IMG/VR virus record: IMGVR_UViG_3300010373_000005 | Span: 1-64,000 of that record | Strand: one strand, 5' to 3' | Length of the DNA: 64,000 nucleotides | Source of the DNA: a virus | In this document: positions 52,613 to 61,708 of the stretch, piece by piece | How the letters are laid out: every line of letters starts with the position of its first letter | Position numbering within the stretch: position 1 is the stretch's first letter | Program-made: the position numbers and the translations under genes | Notes under the pieces: model-generated | The model's database searches: none | What the model was told of the DNA's origin: nothing | What the model saw: only the letters and a program-made list of their open reading frames with translations

Positions 52613-53576
52613 TGCTTCTCCTCTGCATCAGGGGTGACCGTGGCGACCACTCCAGCGCGGGCCTGAGCTTGTTGCAGCACGCCCTGAGCAGGTCGGTCCC
52701 CATGCCGCCGAGCGCCTGCGCGCGAGCCTCGACCTCGAGCGGGTTGCCACCGTGGCGCAGGAGTGACTCCAGCTCGACCGCAAGCTTGACCGAGTCGAGC
52801 GTGTCGTCGAGCTGCCAGCCGTGTGGGACCTCTGTTGAGGTTCCGCTCGCCAGGGCCTCCCGAGCTCTCGTCTCGTTCCGCGCGTACAGGTGCATGCTGC
52901 CGACCTGGTGGTGGTACTCTCCCACCTGGAGGCCAAGCTCGCAGGCCACGACCCGCTGCAGGCACGTAAAGGCAAACACGTCGTACGGGAACCCGAGCCA
53001 CGCGTCGTTCGAGCGCATGGTCGTGACGATGTGGAGTGCCCCGTCGCGGGCCAAGAACTGCAGGCCGAGCGTACACGGCACGTCCGCGCACCCGCCTGAC
53101 TCAGCGACTGACAAGTCGTGTGGGTCCCAGAACTGGAGCACAGCCTGCCTGGAGAGCGAGGACTTCCTGAGCATGTCGACGATCCGCTCGAGCGCGGGTC
53201 GGTCGTCAGGCACCTGCGACGTGCCACTGAAGTCAGTGGTCACGTCCCAGGCCGCGAACATCCGCGGGCCGTACGCGCCGTACGCCGTGCCGTCCTGCCT
53301 GCGGTACTTGACATAGCTGGGGGCGTATTTCTCGATCATCTCCGTGCTGCCCTCGCCCGACATGTACCAGAGGAACTCTGCCGCCGCGTACGACGGCGAG
53401 AGGTTCCTGACATCGTTCGTGAGGAACGTCCGCTGCTTGCTGGCGTCCAGCACGCCCTTGTACCCGACGACCTCACCGCACACTGGGCCGTCACGAGAGT
53501 CTCTATTATTTGCGCAGTTCAGGAGCACGAACAGTAGGTGCTCCCACATGTTGTCGATGCTGTCGTAGATGCTCAT
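52590..53576 (-). CDS. ThyA-family pyrimidine C5 methylase/hydroxymethylase, predicted cytosine-specific
   Basis: The ATG at 53576 overlaps the upstream stop. Catalytic DVPCTLGLQF (Cys168), then RSNDAWLGFPYDVFAF and HLY. Asp199 (GAC at 52982..52980) sits where ThyA has the Asn of PFN. Confidence 0.75.
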   Translation of the reverse strand: MSIYDSIDNMWEHLLFVLLNCANNRDSRDGPVCGEVVGYKGVLDASKQRTFLTNDVRNLSPSYAAAEFLWYMSGEGSTEMIEKYAPSYVKYRRQDGTAYGAYGPRMFAAWDVTTDFSGTSQVPDDRPALERIVDMLRKSSLSRQAVLQFWDPHDLSVAESGGCADVPCTLGLQFLARDGALHIVTTMRSNDAWLGFPYDVFAFTCLQRVVACELGLQVGEYHHQVGSMHLYARNETRAREALASGTSTEVPHGWQLDDTLDSVKLAVELESLLRHGGNPLEVEARAQALGGMGTDLLRACCNKLRPALEWSPRSPLMQRRSNACTDAK

Positions 53577-54850
53577 GCTATCTCCTTCCACTTCCTGATG
53601 AGCCGGCCCGTCTTCGGGTCGACGTTGAACCTATGACACTGCTCCTGGCACTCTGCCGGGAACCTACCGATGTCGAAGTCTCGCGGGTAGTACTGCGTGA
53701 CGTCGATAACCTTCTCGTCCTGACCAGACGTGTCCTCGCCCTCGAACACACCGCGTACGTGATCGTACCGGGTGGACCAGTCCTCGGTAGGCCCACCCCA
53801 CTCGTCCTCCAGGCACTTCCTGCACATCTCCGCGATCCAGGTGGCCACGTCCGGCACGACGCCCTTGGCGATCTGGCTGAACGGGTCTGGCCCTACCGGT
53901 ATCTCGCCCCTCCATCCCATGATGTCGGCCAGCTCGCCGACCGTGCAGGGCCGGTGCCACCACGGGTGGAGCAGCCTGCAGCAGGAGTTGGTGAGCGTCG
54001 GGGCCGCGCACATCCACGCCGGTCGGTGCACCCCGTGCATGCTGAACGGCATGTCTGACATCCGCTCGTCCCACTTCGCCTTGAAGGCCGGTGACAGCTT
54101 TTCGTAGTCGTACTGCGCCAGCGTGTTGGCGTCCCACCCGCTGGCCATGTGCGGCAGCGAGTGCCACTCGTCCGCGGTCAGTTGCAGGTACGAGTCCTGA
54201 TCGTACCCCCCGTCCCTGATCATCGGCAGCGGGTCGACGACATTGCACTCCCGGTGTCGCCTCTCGGAGATCGCGTCCCACAGCATCGGAGCGTGCTCCA
54301 GCATCGGCGGCAGGTCGACGTTGAACTGCCTGTCTCTGGGGTAGGCCACCTGGAAGTACCGCTTGCGATTCTGCGCGTTACCGAAAGTCCGGGCGTTCAC
54401 GAACACGTGCGCGACCCGGTAGCCGTTCTCGATGAATCTTCTAGTAAAAGAATCCACGAGGGGCTTCCCTGTGCGGTAGGCCTGCTGGACAGACTCCCAC
54501 ACGATGAGCGAGAACTCGTAGGCCAGCCCGTAGTCGACCAGCTCCTTGACGTCCTGGCACTGCCTCGCCTCGGGGCCGTGACCGGTAGAGGACAACCCCG
54601 CCGTCACGTTCGAGAACGCGGTACATCTTGGATTGCCGTAGAGCACGTCGATCCTGCCGTGACCCAGTGCCACTGGCGCGGGCCACGCGCAGGCTCCATC
54701 AGCCGGTCGGATCACTGGCACCTTCCAGACCTTCTCCACTGTGTCGTCGCCCAGCCCGTGCACCTCCAGCTGGGCCTTCACGTCGAACACGTCCTTGAAA
54801 CCTGCGGTCATCCCGCCGGCGAACACGTGGCATCCTAGTGCCTTGATCAT
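53573..54850 (-). CDS. C5 cytosine methyltransferase-fold protein
   Basis: Motif I CHVFAGGMTAGF. Motif IV GNPRCTAFS (P-R-C instead of P-C). Motif VI VWESV. Motif VIII QNRKRYF. Motif IX RPCTVGELADIMGW. Motif X IAKGVVPDVA. Confidence 0.7.
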   Translation of the reverse strand: MIKALGCHVFAGGMTAGFKDVFDVKAQLEVHGLGDDTVEKVWKVPVIRPADGACAWPAPVALGHGRIDVLYGNPRCTAFSNVTAGLSSTGHGPEARQCQDVKELVDYGLAYEFSLIVWESVQQAYRTGKPLVDSFTRRFIENGYRVAHVFVNARTFGNAQNRKRYFQVAYPRDRQFNVDLPPMLEHAPMLWDAISERRHRECNVVDPLPMIRDGGYDQDSYLQLTADEWHSLPHMASGWDANTLAQYDYEKLSPAFKAKWDERMSDMPFSMHGVHRPAWMCAAPTLTNSCCRLLHPWWHRPCTVGELADIMGWRGEIPVGPDPFSQIAKGVVPDVATWIAEMCRKCLEDEWGGPTEDWSTRYDHVRGVFEGEDTSGQDEKVIDVTQYYPRDFDIGRFPAECQEQCHRFNVDPKTGRLIRKWKEIA

Positions 54851-55479
54851 GCCAGTCTCACTCCCCGGCAGTGCGACCTGCCGTGCTCGTCGAACTGCCT
54901 GAGGGCCCTGTGCAGTGACTCACCGCACAGCGCGCACTCGTCTGTGGACCTGAAGTCATGAGGACTCAACTGAAATTGACGATAGTCTGTCAGCACTCGC
55001 AAAAAGTTCGCAGGAATGTAATTGGGTCCTTTGCGACGCACACGAGCTTTTGAAGGATCATCTTCTTGTTTGGTCTTCGTCATGTTCGACTCGTGAGCTT
55101 CTACGAAGCCCTCGGCGAGCGGCAGGTCGAGCGTCACGGCCGTGCCCTTGATGACGTACAGGGCGTCGGCCAGGGCGTCGAGCGTCTCCACCTCGTCTCG
55201 CTCGGAGAGAGCCATCAATAGCTCCTCGATCTCCTCGACGACGAGCTGGGCACGGGCCACGCGCTCGTCGTCGCTATGCTCAACCAGCATGCGCTCGAAC
55301 TTGTCGGCCAGGCCCTTCAGGCTCAGCGCCGACTGGTACAGCTGCTCGTCCACCACCTCCTTGAGCCTCGGGTCGGACAGCCTCTGGGTCGGACACACCT
55401 GTAGCTTCGTGTGGAAGCCCTTCACGCAGGCCATGGCGCTGTTGATACCGGTTACTATCTCGTTTCTGAGCTCCCTCAC
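54847..55479 (-). CDS. MazG-like all-alpha NTP pyrophosphohydrolase
   Basis: VVEEIEELLMAL....ETLDALADALYVIKG.......FVEAHESNMTK is the MazG/HisE-type metal-binding pattern. The GTG start overlaps the upstream stop. Confidence 0.7.
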   Translation of the reverse strand: MRELRNEIVTGINSAMACVKGFHTKLQVCPTQRLSDPRLKEVVDEQLYQSALSLKGLADKFERMLVEHSDDERVARAQLVVEEIEELLMALSERDEVETLDALADALYVIKGTAVTLDLPLAEGFVEAHESNMTKTKQEDDPSKARVRRKGPNYIPANFLRVLTDYRQFQLSPHDFRSTDECALCGESLHRALRQFDEHGRSHCRGVRLA

Positions 55480-55727
55480 GGTGTCACCTCCCCTCTGTAC
55501 TCGCTGGTCTGCCTCTCGCAGAACTCAGCTATGGTGAACAGGCAGTCGGCATCGAACGTCGACTGCTGTGCTGGAAAGAAGTTATACCTTCGCCAAGAAG
55601 CATACCACTTCACCTCTCCTAAGAAGTGACCGGTCACAGCTTCGACGTGCCAGGTCTTGGTCTTCTTACCTGCATTCTCGTTGGCATGACTCACGTCCCT
55701 GAACAGTATGTGATCGCTCGTCTTCAT
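55476..55727 (-). CDS. hypothetical protein
   Basis: 83 aa with an ATG start, 1 nt after the helicase stop. Confidence 0.5.
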   Translation of the reverse strand: MKTSDHILFRDVSHANENAGKKTKTWHVEAVTGHFLGEVKWYASWRRYNFFPAQQSTFDADCLFTIAEFCERQTSEYRGEVTP

Positions 55728-55728
55728 G

Positions 55729-58578
55729 TCAGAACTTCTTCTCCTTTCCGTCCTTGTCGGTCTCCTTCTTGAGGTGGTCGGGACGATCGACGATCGTCGT
55801 CCTGTTCAACCACTCGATGAACTCCGGTGTCTTCACGTACGTGCGCCCGATCTTCTTGAGCGCCTGCTTCCTCACCAGCACCGACAGCAGGTTGCCGGCT
55901 ATGCCGTAGTCACCTCCCACCCAGTCCCGCAGGTCATGCTGGTCCACGTAGTCGGAGAACAGCAGGTGCTGGTGCAGGTCCTTCGGATTGATCGTCGACT
56001 CGATGGCGGACTTGATCTCAGCCGGGTCGCGCAGGACGTGCGTCTGCTGCAGGGCCCTCGAGTAGTACTCGTACCCGAAGATCTTGGACGAGTAGACCCT
56101 GTCGAGGAGCGCCACCACGAACTTGACGTGGCACCTCCTCACGCGCACCTTTGTCTCGTCCTCGTCCTGCGTCGAGAAGGTCCGGCACGCCACTGACGCG
56201 GCGAGCCTCGAGAGCTTCTCAGGCATAGAGCCTGCATCGACCAGTGGTATCTGCGCGCTGTACTTCTTGGACAAACTGACTGCTTCTTCGTGCGCGTGCT
56301 CTGACGCGTCCTCGTCGAACAGCACGTCACCGCGCTTACGAGTCCAGGCCCACAGGATCAGGGAGTGGCACAGCTCGCTAGTGTACACGTGCGGCACGTC
56401 CGGCGGGTTGCGCCTGAGCTCGTCGAGGACTCCCGGATCGACCTCCTCCTTGCTGACTATCAGTGCTGCGTCGAACCTGCGGATGTCCTCGGGCGCACCG
56501 ATCAGGTCCCTGACCGCTTCCACGCCGAACGCGTAGGATGACACGGTCCTGTCGTGCCTGCAGTTCGAAAGACCGACCAGTCTGGTCCTGGCGAGCGTTC
56601 GCTTCTTCTCGATCTTGGTAATCTCAGCCACACCGGACGACCGCATGTCGGTGCACTTGCTGAAAGCCTCTGTAGACATGCCCTTCATCTCCTCGAGCCC
56701 GACGAGTCGCCGGTCGTGGGTCGGTATGACGCCCCAGGAGATGATCCACTGCTCGCCCACCTTCTTGACGCCGCCCAACAGGCCGGCCGGAGTGGCGCCC
56801 TTGCAGACCAGCTTCTCCCCGACGCGGTAGTGCCTCAGTAGGTTGTCGAAGACGTAACTCTTGCCCTGGGCTGAGTCCCCGACAATGAGCGTCTCGACCC
56901 ACCCCTTGACCTCCTTGCCGTCCAGGTCGAGCAGCAGCGGCGAGTGGTACGCCAGGTCGACGAACAGGTGGACGTCGTGCCGCATGAAGATCCTGGTGAC
57001 GTTGCGCTCCAGGTCAGAATAGAGGTGATGGAGCTTCGTCTCGATACCCTCCCTGGACCACTCGTCGGGCCTGAAGACGCGGAGCTTCTCGAGGTCAGTG
57101 GGCACGTACGTGCTGAGGGCATCGTGGGCGGCCTCGGCCTCTGATAGGACCAGCGTCGCCTGTTGGTTCTGCGGGTGCGGGAACATCCTGCCGGTGAACT
57201 CGTAGGACGCGTTCAGCTCTCCTGTGCAGCTGACGCACAGGCCGCGCCTGGCGGACTTGTCCACGTCCTGATTGGAGATCTCGAGTGACGGTGCTATCTG
57301 TACGTCCTCCACGTCGAAGTGGCCGGTCACGTCGAGCTGCGCGTCCTTGCACGCACGCGGGACTCTTATGGCGTCGCGCATGGCGCCGTCGAGGTGCTGA
57401 CTCGCTGCGTGCACCATCTGCAGTATGGAGGGCGACTCTGGGCTCACGTCGAACTCAGTGGCGTCGGACGCGTACACCGCGCACAGCGGGCAGCAGTTCT
57501 GCATCTTCCCACACTTGACCTTGACCCTGCGCGGTACCACGTAGTGACCGACCACCGACGCCGACACCACGCCGCTGAACCTCATCCGGCGCCCGACGTT
57601 GGTCGCTCTCACCGTCTCGTGCAGCCTGCAGGACAGCACCGACTCTTCGCCATTCACCTGATGATCAGGTACGGCATCTGGGAGCCACTGTGGAGTACCG
57701 AGGACGAGGGCGACCAGGTCACCGCTCTCCGCAGCCACGAAGTCGTTGACGTCTCCCTTGGGATGCTTGTCCCTGTCGAGGGGCAGCTGCACCCAACCGA
57801 GCCAAGAGGCGACCAGTCTCAGTCGCATCAGGTGCGCCTCTGCTGCCTTGACTCCCGCGTCATCCACGTCCATCATGACGTAGACCTTCTTGCCCTTGAA
57901 CTCCATAGTCAGCTCGGGCTCCCAGTTGCCCTCGCCTGCCGTGGCACACACCGCGCCTATCCCGTGTGAGTTAAGCAGTCGCGCTGCCAGTATGGCCTTC
58001 ATCTCGCCCGCGCAAAGCACGATCGTCTCGTATTCCATCTGTTCTATCGGGTACAGGCGGGTCTGCCCGCGCCCGCTGAGATTTCGCATCTTCTCAGGAC
58101 CGGGGGCTCCAGGAAGATACTTGCGGATGTTCACGAACAGCCCGTGGGCGTTCTTGACTGGGATGGTGACCCGGCCGTCCTGATACCCGATGCGGTACTT
58201 CCGCAGGTCCTCGTCCGTGATGCCCCGGTCCCTGAGCGCCTTCAGCAGGTGGGGCTGGGACGGGAGCATCTGGAACGCAGTCTCCACCACGCTCACGTCG
58301 ACGGTCTTGACCTCCTCGAGGTCGTACATTGTCGACAGAAACTTGAAGACGGTGGAACGGTTCTTCCCGGTGGCCAGCGAGTAGAACTGGACGAAGTCTC
58401 CCTTAGCAGGACACACCTTACAATTCCACAGACCGCTCTCCACGTTCATCGTGGCCGAGGGGTCCTTGTCATCATGCCCGGGATCTGGACACTGTAGCTT
58501 CACCTCTGAGTCTGACAGTGGTTTGAAGGTCCACTTCAGGCGCTCGAGCTCGGCTAGTACTGAGATCCTTGACGCCAT
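55729..58578 (-). CDS. DnaG-type primase (CHC2 Zn finger + TOPRIM) fused to an MCM-like AAA+ helicase
   Basis: CPDPGHDDKDPS....WNCKVCPAKGD. TOPRIM LCAGEMKA...MMDVDDAG. Walker A GDSAQGKS. Walker B LVGLEEM. LVGLSNCR and IRRFDAAL (Arg-finger-like). Confidence 0.8.
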   Translation of the reverse strand: MASRISVLAELERLKWTFKPLSDSEVKLQCPDPGHDDKDPSATMNVESGLWNCKVCPAKGDFVQFYSLATGKNRSTVFKFLSTMYDLEEVKTVDVSVVETAFQMLPSQPHLLKALRDRGITDEDLRKYRIGYQDGRVTIPVKNAHGLFVNIRKYLPGAPGPEKMRNLSGRGQTRLYPIEQMEYETIVLCAGEMKAILAARLLNSHGIGAVCATAGEGNWEPELTMEFKGKKVYVMMDVDDAGVKAAEAHLMRLRLVASWLGWVQLPLDRDKHPKGDVNDFVAAESGDLVALVLGTPQWLPDAVPDHQVNGEESVLSCRLHETVRATNVGRRMRFSGVVSASVVGHYVVPRRVKVKCGKMQNCCPLCAVYASDATEFDVSPESPSILQMVHAASQHLDGAMRDAIRVPRACKDAQLDVTGHFDVEDVQIAPSLEISNQDVDKSARRGLCVSCTGELNASYEFTGRMFPHPQNQQATLVLSEAEAAHDALSTYVPTDLEKLRVFRPDEWSREGIETKLHHLYSDLERNVTRIFMRHDVHLFVDLAYHSPLLLDLDGKEVKGWVETLIVGDSAQGKSYVFDNLLRHYRVGEKLVCKGATPAGLLGGVKKVGEQWIISWGVIPTHDRRLVGLEEMKGMSTEAFSKCTDMRSSGVAEITKIEKKRTLARTRLVGLSNCRHDRTVSSYAFGVEAVRDLIGAPEDIRRFDAALIVSKEEVDPGVLDELRRNPPDVPHVYTSELCHSLILWAWTRKRGDVLFDEDASEHAHEEAVSLSKKYSAQIPLVDAGSMPEKLSRLAASVACRTFSTQDEDETKVRVRRCHVKFVVALLDRVYSSKIFGYEYYSRALQQTHVLRDPAEIKSAIESTINPKDLHQHLLFSDYVDQHDLRDWVGGDYGIAGNLLSVLVRKQALKKIGRTYVKTPEFIEWLNRTTIVDRPDHLKKETDKDGKEKKF

Positions 58579-58655
58579 CCGAATGATCCTGCTTTGGTTC
58601 TACCAAAAACAGACTACGTCGTGTAGAAATCGAGGGCCGGCAGCTCAGGAGGGTC

Positions 58656-58683
58656 AGTATAATGGGGGCATCCCACTTCGCAA
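58656..58683 (-). promoter_or_regulatory. sigma-70-like promoter candidate
   Basis: Minus sense: TTGCGA, 16 nt, TATACT, about 80 nt upstream of the primase-helicase ATG at 58578. Confidence 0.35.
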
Positions 58684-58727
58684 CCACTGGCCGCCGGCTA
58701 CCTCAAAGAGAAGCCTAGGCAGCTAGC

Positions 58728-59609
58728 CTAGAACTGCGTCTCGTTCGCGCCTGCAGGGGCGAAGTCTTCCTCGTCGGCGAGGTCTGGTCGCAGCTGGTCG
58801 AGCTTAGCCTGGATGACCAGCTCGTCGTGCATCTTCGTCAGGGCAGCGAACTCATCCCTGTTCTGCACGAACTTCGGCACATCGGGACTCGACGGGTTGT
58901 CGACGTCAATGCCGAACCACGCGCCCTCACTGTTGCGCCGCTCGGTCTTGGGCACCCGGCCCTCGAAGATGCAGCCCCACATGGCGCACCCTCGCGCGTC
59001 GACCTTGAGGCCGAAAGACGAGCCGACCTTGTGCTCACCCTTGGCGAACGACACGGTAACCATCATGCCGGTGTACTCCGGGTGACCGACGATCACGATA
59101 ACGTACGTCAGGAACTCGATGTGCTTGAGGTAGCACTCCTTTCCCTTGCTGTCGAGCTTCGGGTTGCCGGCGGGGTCGAGGCACTTGTCGGCATCCCGGA
59201 GATCAGCATCTCTCGCCCTGCGCGCCACGTCGCTGGCCGGGTCCCGCGTACGCGAGCCCTTGACGAACATTGGCAGCTGGTCCTTCAGCGCCCACGGGTT
59301 GGCTGTCGCCCACTCCGGGTAGAACAGCAGCGGGATGAAGTAGAACGGCTCCTCGTTCCTGGCGAACAGCATCGCCTGCGGGGCCAGCACCAGTTCTCCC
59401 GGGTTGAAGTCCTTGTACTTCTCTGTCCTCTGGCCCTGGATCACCTTGAGCCGCGGCGGCGTGATGTACTTCCGCAGCTCGCTCGTGCCGTGGTCCTGCA
59501 CCTCCGCGATGAAGTCTGGGACTTCCTTGTTCGCGGGACGCGACAGCAGCGATATCGCGTTGATCGGGGCGGCCACCTCGGCCAGCTCTGTCGTAGTTGC
59601 CTTACTCAT
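58728..59609 (-). CDS. putative ssDNA-binding / annealing protein
   Basis: 293 aa. The acidic C-terminal tail DLADEEDFAPAGANETQF ends in Phe, as in T7 gp2.5 and bacterial SSB tails. Located in the replication module. The fold itself was not recognised. Confidence 0.4.
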   Translation of the reverse strand: MSKATTTELAEVAAPINAISLLSRPANKEVPDFIAEVQDHGTSELRKYITPPRLKVIQGQRTEKYKDFNPGELVLAPQAMLFARNEEPFYFIPLLFYPEWATANPWALKDQLPMFVKGSRTRDPASDVARRARDADLRDADKCLDPAGNPKLDSKGKECYLKHIEFLTYVIVIVGHPEYTGMMVTVSFAKGEHKVGSSFGLKVDARGCAMWGCIFEGRVPKTERRNSEGAWFGIDVDNPSSPDVPKFVQNRDEFAALTKMHDELVIQAKLDQLRPDLADEEDFAPAGANETQF

Positions 59610-59699
59610 AGTCTCTTTCCTCTTTCATTCTTAAGCTATCAGGGTCACTAGTGAACTGCCGTCGCGAGCGGTGACCGTGCGCGGGGACGGTGGCTTCAG

Positions 59700-60428
59700 C
59701 TAGAAGGGAGCTTCCTCCTGCGCCTCTGTCATGAACGACGGGGCCGCAGACTTCCGTGGTTTCACCTCTTCCTCCTCGACCCGTCGATCCTCGTCGAACG
59801 TGTCCTGCAGGCCAATGACCTCGGGGTAGTCTGCCAGCTCCGGTCTGAGGATGAGATCTCTGACGTAATCGTACATCCGCCGCAGCAGGTCGGGCCTCTG
59901 CACGTCGGGAGCCTCGCCGTCGTCAAGAATTGGTCGCTTCTTTCGGATTACCATCTTCGGCAAGATGTACATCTTGCTCGGGTCGCACCCCTTCGGACAG
60001 GGTTTTCCCTCGGCAAGATCCGCCTCGACTCGTTCTATCATCTTGTTCCAGTCGGGGCTGAACGGCGCGTCCTTCGGCACGCCGAAGTAGTCCATCAGCT
60101 GCTGGTACTCGGGTGAGTCCTTTTTGGGCAGCTTGACCGTCGGCTTGGCGTCAGGAGACGCAGTACAGTACTCTGTCCTGATCGGGTCGCCGTCGCCCGC
60201 CAGCACGTACAGGTGACAGCCTTGTCTGATAAGGTCCTCGGAGATTCCCTTGATCTCCTTGCGCGCGTCCTCGAGGAGCTTCTCCACCTCCTTGAGGGCG
60301 TAGATGTCGTCTGCGATCTCCCTAAGGTCTGCGGACTCCGCGATCCTCTTGAGCTGCACTGCCTTGGTGCAGGCCTCCCAGTGCAGCGCCCTCGCTGCGG
60401 CATAGATCTCCTTAGCTAGTGGCTTCAT
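59700..60428 (-). CDS. hypothetical replication-module protein
   Basis: 242 aa. Coiled-coil N-terminus. The acidic C-terminus EEEEVKPRKSAAPSFMTEAQEEAPF also ends in Phe. Confidence 0.55.
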   Translation of the reverse strand: MKPLAKEIYAAARALHWEACTKAVQLKRIAESADLREIADDIYALKEVEKLLEDARKEIKGISEDLIRQGCHLYVLAGDGDPIRTEYCTASPDAKPTVKLPKKDSPEYQQLMDYFGVPKDAPFSPDWNKMIERVEADLAEGKPCPKGCDPSKMYILPKMVIRKKRPILDDGEAPDVQRPDLLRRMYDYVRDLILRPELADYPEVIGLQDTFDEDRRVEEEEVKPRKSAAPSFMTEAQEEAPF

Positions 60429-60766
60429 GTCATGGCTCCTTCAAGTGATTGTGGGCCCATCTCCACTTCTCTGTAGTCGCGGATGTCGTCCCGCGCGTCC
60501 CAGATCAGGGCACGCGCCGATCCCCACTCTGCCACTACGGCAGCCACCATGGTGATCAGCGCAGTCATCCTGCCAGACAGTATGAGGTAGTCCTCAGAGT
60601 GGTCGAAGCCGAGGTTCTTGAGCTTAGCCACTACCCTCACCTGGAACTCAGCCGAGAAGGGATTCGGGTGCATGCTGACGTGGTCGTACATGAGCACAAT
60701 CTGCCCGAACTTCTCTGCCTTGTCGGTGGGCAGCGACGTTGGTTCTAGTAAGAATGCGCGACTCAT
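60425..60766 (-). CDS. hypothetical protein
   Basis: 113 aa with an ATG start. The stop overlaps the next start (ATGA). Confidence 0.55.
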   Translation of the reverse strand: MSRAFLLEPTSLPTDKAEKFGQIVLMYDHVSMHPNPFSAEFQVRVVAKLKNLGFDHSEDYLILSGRMTALITMVAAVVAEWGSARALIWDARDDIRDYREVEMGPQSLEGAMT

Positions 60767-60802
60767 GAAGACCTCCGAATGATAGGTCTATTATAACAAG
60801 TG

Positions 60803-61708
60803 CTAGGACAGTTGTACACCATCTTCACGTCTTTTTTGAAAATATTCCTGAACTTTCCGCCTGAAGGCCTCCGGCGCTGTCAGCGACCACTTGAGCAGGC
60901 CCTGCTCGTCGTTCTCGACGTGCTCGCGCGGGCTGAAGCCAGGAAGCATGAGCCTGCGCCCGCGAGTGTCTCTGTCCTGAAGAGATCCGTGGTGCATGTG
61001 TACGATCGAGCCCATGACGAACCCGAATGACAGCAACTCGCCGTTCGCCCAGCGGCGCACGTCGTTCTGCACCGTGCTGCCTACCTCCGACGTCCGGAAC
61101 GGGTCGACGCCCGTGAAGGCCCTGAGCATCAGGGTGTCACCGTTGCCTGTGACGGCCCGGTCGTACAGCCTGAAGCCACGCCTGAGGTGACTCGCGCGCA
61201 TCGCCCAGGCCATGCCGGGGTGACTCTGCGCGAAGTCGCACCACATCTTGGCGTACGTCGACCAGTGCCAGCCCGTGGACTTCACGGGCGTCGTGATCCT
61301 CTCGTCAGAGTCCGTCAGTGACGCGTCGCTGAACATCTGCACGACGTCGTATCGTTCCAGCTCCCTGAGCGTGTCGGCCTCCCACCTCGGATTGACGAAG
61401 ATCACGTCCGCGTCGACCCACGCGACGGCCGTGACCTCCGGGTCTCGCAGTGCCTTCGCGAAGCCAACGTTGAGCAATGCCTCCTTCTGCCACATCCAGT
61501 TCTCGGCTCGGGTGCCACGGAGCGTCGTCCAGGCGTGCAGGCCTCGGCTGATGACGTCATTGTCATTGACACTGACGTCATCGTCGAGGACTAGTTCCAC
61601 TATGTGTACCGGCCTGTCGATGACGTGCAGGAACCTCTTCAAGTTCTCGACGGGTCGCCGGTACTGGCACGGGTTGAAGTGACACGCTACCACAGCTAGC
61701 TTCGGCAT
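60803..61708 (-). CDS. nucleotide-diphospho-sugar transferase-like (GT-A fold) protein
   Basis: 301 aa. LAVVACHFNPCQYRRP and AWVDADVIF (DxD-type) patterns. Family assignment is tentative. Confidence 0.5.
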   Translation of the reverse strand: MPKLAVVACHFNPCQYRRPVENLKRFLHVIDRPVHIVELVLDDDVSVNDNDVISRGLHAWTTLRGTRAENWMWQKEALLNVGFAKALRDPEVTAVAWVDADVIFVNPRWEADTLRELERYDVVQMFSDASLTDSDERITTPVKSTGWHWSTYAKMWCDFAQSHPGMAWAMRASHLRRGFRLYDRAVTGNGDTLMLRAFTGVDPFRTSEVGSTVQNDVRRWANGELLSFGFVMGSIVHMHHGSLQDRDTRGRRLMLPGFSPREHVENDEQGLLKWSLTAPEAFRRKVQEYFQKRREDGVQLS

